Origin: Methylobacter sp.
GTDB taxonomy: Bacteria; Pseudomonadota; Gammaproteobacteria; Methylococcales; Methylomonadaceae
Assembly: GCA_038922455.1 (NCBI GenBank)
Contig: JBCKWP010000001.1
Location: 1-42,174 of the forward strand
Reading direction: 5' to 3'
Length of the DNA stretch: 42,174 bases
Under the pieces are notes generated by a model that saw nothing but the letters and a program-made list of their open reading frames with translations, did not search any database and was not told the origin of the DNA. Below, in pieces: positions 39,764 through 42,174 of the stretch (position 1 is its first letter; each line of letters begins with the position of its first letter). The translations under genes were made by a program, and so were the position numbers.

Positions 39764-41539
39764 TCATTTTTGATAATTTAAAGGCCTTAGCTTACCTTTG
39801 GAAATGAGTTCAGTTAATATAAAAGAGTAGTGCCCTAACACGTTGATGTGTGAGTGCTGTAGAGGTGATAGTCTGGCTATATCTTCTTCCTTCATAGGAA
39901 TACCCTTCTCTCGCATATGATTTAATGCCGCTTCCATGTATAGGGTATTCCAAAGCACAACGGCATTGGTAACAAGCCCCAGAGCGCCGAGTTGATCTTC
40001 CTGTCCTTCACGGTATCGTTTACGAATTTCACCGCGCTGACCATGACAAATAATACGCGCAACGGCATGTCGTCCTTCACCACGATTGAGTTGTGTCAAA
40101 ATTCGGCGGCGGTATTCCTTATTATCTATATAATTCAGCAGATAGATGGTTTTATTGATACGCCCTACTTCGATGATAGCCTTGGCTAAGCTTGAAGGCC
40201 GTTCGCTTTTGAGCAGTGAGCGAATCAGTTCTGACGCTTGTATGGTTCCCAGTTTAAGTGAGCCTGCAATCCGTAACATGTCATCCCAATGTTGCGTAAT
40301 TCGATTCATTTTCACACAACTACGCGCTAGTTCATCAAGAGCGCCATAATTGGCATCCATGTCAATACGCCAAAAAACGGATTCGCCGGCATCTGCTAAA
40401 CGAGGTGAAAACTGGTAGCCAAGTAGCCAGAATAAACCAAAGATCATATCGCTAGACCCGGCAGTATCGGTCATTATTTCAGTAGGATTTAAACTGGTTT
40501 GTTGTTCCAATAAGCCTTCCAAAACAAATATTGAATCTCTCAGTGTCCCTGGGACAACAATGCCATGAAAGCCTGAAAACTGGTCGGATATGAAATTGTA
40601 CCAAGTGATGCCCTTATCCGCGTTAAAGTACTTTTTATTGGGCCCGGAATTTATAGTTCGAACAGGGGTTACAAAACGCAATCCGTCTGCCGACGCTACT
40701 TCTCCGCCGCCCCAAGCCTGTGCTAAAGGGATCTTTGTCTGATAATTAACCAATCGACTATTCGCACAAGTTTGCGTTTCTGAACGCATATAATTTTGTT
40801 TTACCCAGTTCAGTCGGTGACGCGTCAAGGCTGGAATGTTGTGTTTAATAAGCGGTTCAAAGCCAATATTGCAGGCTTCAGCTAAAAGTACCGCACAGAT
40901 ACTGGTGTCTAAATCGTCAGCACGCGCATTAGACTCACTAACATGGGTGAATTCATCGGCAAAACCAGTATGTGCGTGGATTTCCAAAAGCAGTTCAGTC
41001 AGATCAATAGGTGGAAGAAAATTGCTAACCTGATGGCGCAACTGAATGAGGCTGTCCGGTTCATTCAATTTATCAAGATTAGAAATAGTCAGCGTTGGGA
41101 CGTTATCAATGGTCTCAATCCGTACCGCATCATTTTGAGCAAAATTAGCTTCAGCTTGTTTATAGGCACTATCGAGACATGTTGTCAGATTTTTTGTAGC
41201 CTCATCGACTGCGAGGGAATGACCAAGAGCTCGGCAAATTTGATGTTTATTGGCTTCCCAACTTTCGCCTTTCAGAAGCTTTGCTCTGGGGTCACCCCAT
41301 CGATCACTGGCTTCAACATAAATATCACGACGTCGCAGACTATCCTGTAATCTATCTAATACGCAAAGCGTATAAGCGCGTTTATTCACCTGACCATCCT
41401 GATCAAGGACCAAGCGATGCCATGATTGGGTAACCATATCAAGAGGCACATCTTCAAGTTTTTGTTTCCGTTTTCCCTCCAAGTCACGTAAATAATCGAG
41501 TGCTTCAAGCATGGCTGTTCCGGCAGAAGCTGCTTTGAA
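39764..41539 (-). pseudogene. tnpA: Tn3-family transposase (C-terminal part), interrupted by IS256
   Basis: ASADG.RF, MTDTAG, LNRGEGRH and SPL.H.HIN.LG.Y motifs; homology ends at the IS256 left end. Confidence 0.9.
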
Positions 41540-42174
41540 GGGGGTGTAAATAAATCCGTGTAACCGCTTATTTTCATAGTTGTACAATACGACAATAAAA
41601 GGATAGAAAATGAGCAGCATGATTAATAACCCCCAATTAATTTTGGCCATGCAGGAACTAGGGCGAGGAATGAAGTCCCCTGGTGACTTGGCACAACTAA
41701 GCCGAGAGCTATTAAAAATAACGATTGAAGCCTCGCTGAACGCGGAAATGGATGCCCATTTAGGCTACGACAAGTATGCGCCAGAAGGTTACAACAGCGG
41801 CAATAGCAGAAATGGCTACAATCGCAAAACCCTAAAGGGCGATCACGGCACGATTGAAATTGAAACGCCGCGTGATCGTAATGGCAACTTTGAACCTTTG
41901 TTTGTTGCGAAAAATCAAACACGCCTGACAAAATTTGACGATCAAATCCTGACGCTTTACTCCAAAGGCATGACAACGCGAGATATTGTCGATACGTTTG
42001 CCGAGCTGTACGGTGCCGACATTTCGCCTGCCCTAATCTCTCAAGTGACTAATTCGGTGCTGGAGAAGGTCATTGAATGGCAGACGCGACCGCTGGACTC
42101 GGTGTACCCCATTCTCTATCTGGACTGTATTGTCGTCAAAATACGCCAGGACAAGCGTGTCATCAACAAGGCGG
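41540..42174 (+). mobile_element. IS256-family element (left part; runs off the window)
   Basis: Left end GGGGGTGTAAATAAATCCGTGTAAC followed by a transposase ORF. Confidence 0.85.
41610..42174 (+). CDS. IS256-family transposase (partial, not in ORF track)
   Basis: AEMDAHLGY...NSRNGY..KT...PRDRNG.FEP...LY.KGMTTRDI...WQTRPL..VYPILYLD; open to the window end. Confidence 0.93.
   Translation, partial: MSSMINNPQLILAMQELGRGMKSPGDLAQLSRELLKITIEASLNAEMDAHLGYDKYAPEGYNSGNSRNGYNRKTLKGDHGTIEIETPRDRNGNFEPLFVAKNQTRLTKFDDQILTLYSKGMTTRDIVDTFAELYGADISPALISQVTNSVLEKVIEWQTRPLDSVYPILYLDCIVVKIRQDKRVINKA

Noticed and set aside
41623-41976. 117-aa minus-strand ORF
   Set aside because: Shadow of the plus-strand IS256 transposase

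Overview
Gammaproteobacterial polar-flagellum and chemotaxis cluster (Methylococcales-like by protein and repeat style; this is inference). Order: fliEFGHIJ, an oppositely oriented cheY-like/fliK pair, cheY-cheA-cheW-STAS-cheD, an oppositely oriented frameshifted cheB plus a hypothetical gene, a second cheW-MCP(Aer2-like)-cheR-cheD cassette, a fliL remnant, fliMNOPQR-flhBAFG-fliA-motCD, then a junction of mobile-element debris (Tn3/IS5 remnants, GNAT toxin-antitoxin), flhB-like/fliK-like/flgN/flgM, and a Tn3 transposase interrupted by IS256. The most notable content is six IS200/IS605-derived elements with no tnpA in the window. Two are 1192-bp tnpB elements: one intact with a rearranged RuvC motif, one with a nonsense codon. 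Four are ~210-230-bp non-coding elements. Three of these look like stand-alone, promoter-bearing, miniaturised TnpB omegaRNA genes and the fourth is degenerate. One sits precisely after codon 6 of fliK, so its predicted guide matches the restored fliK allele. All calls were made by eye, with no searches or folding run.
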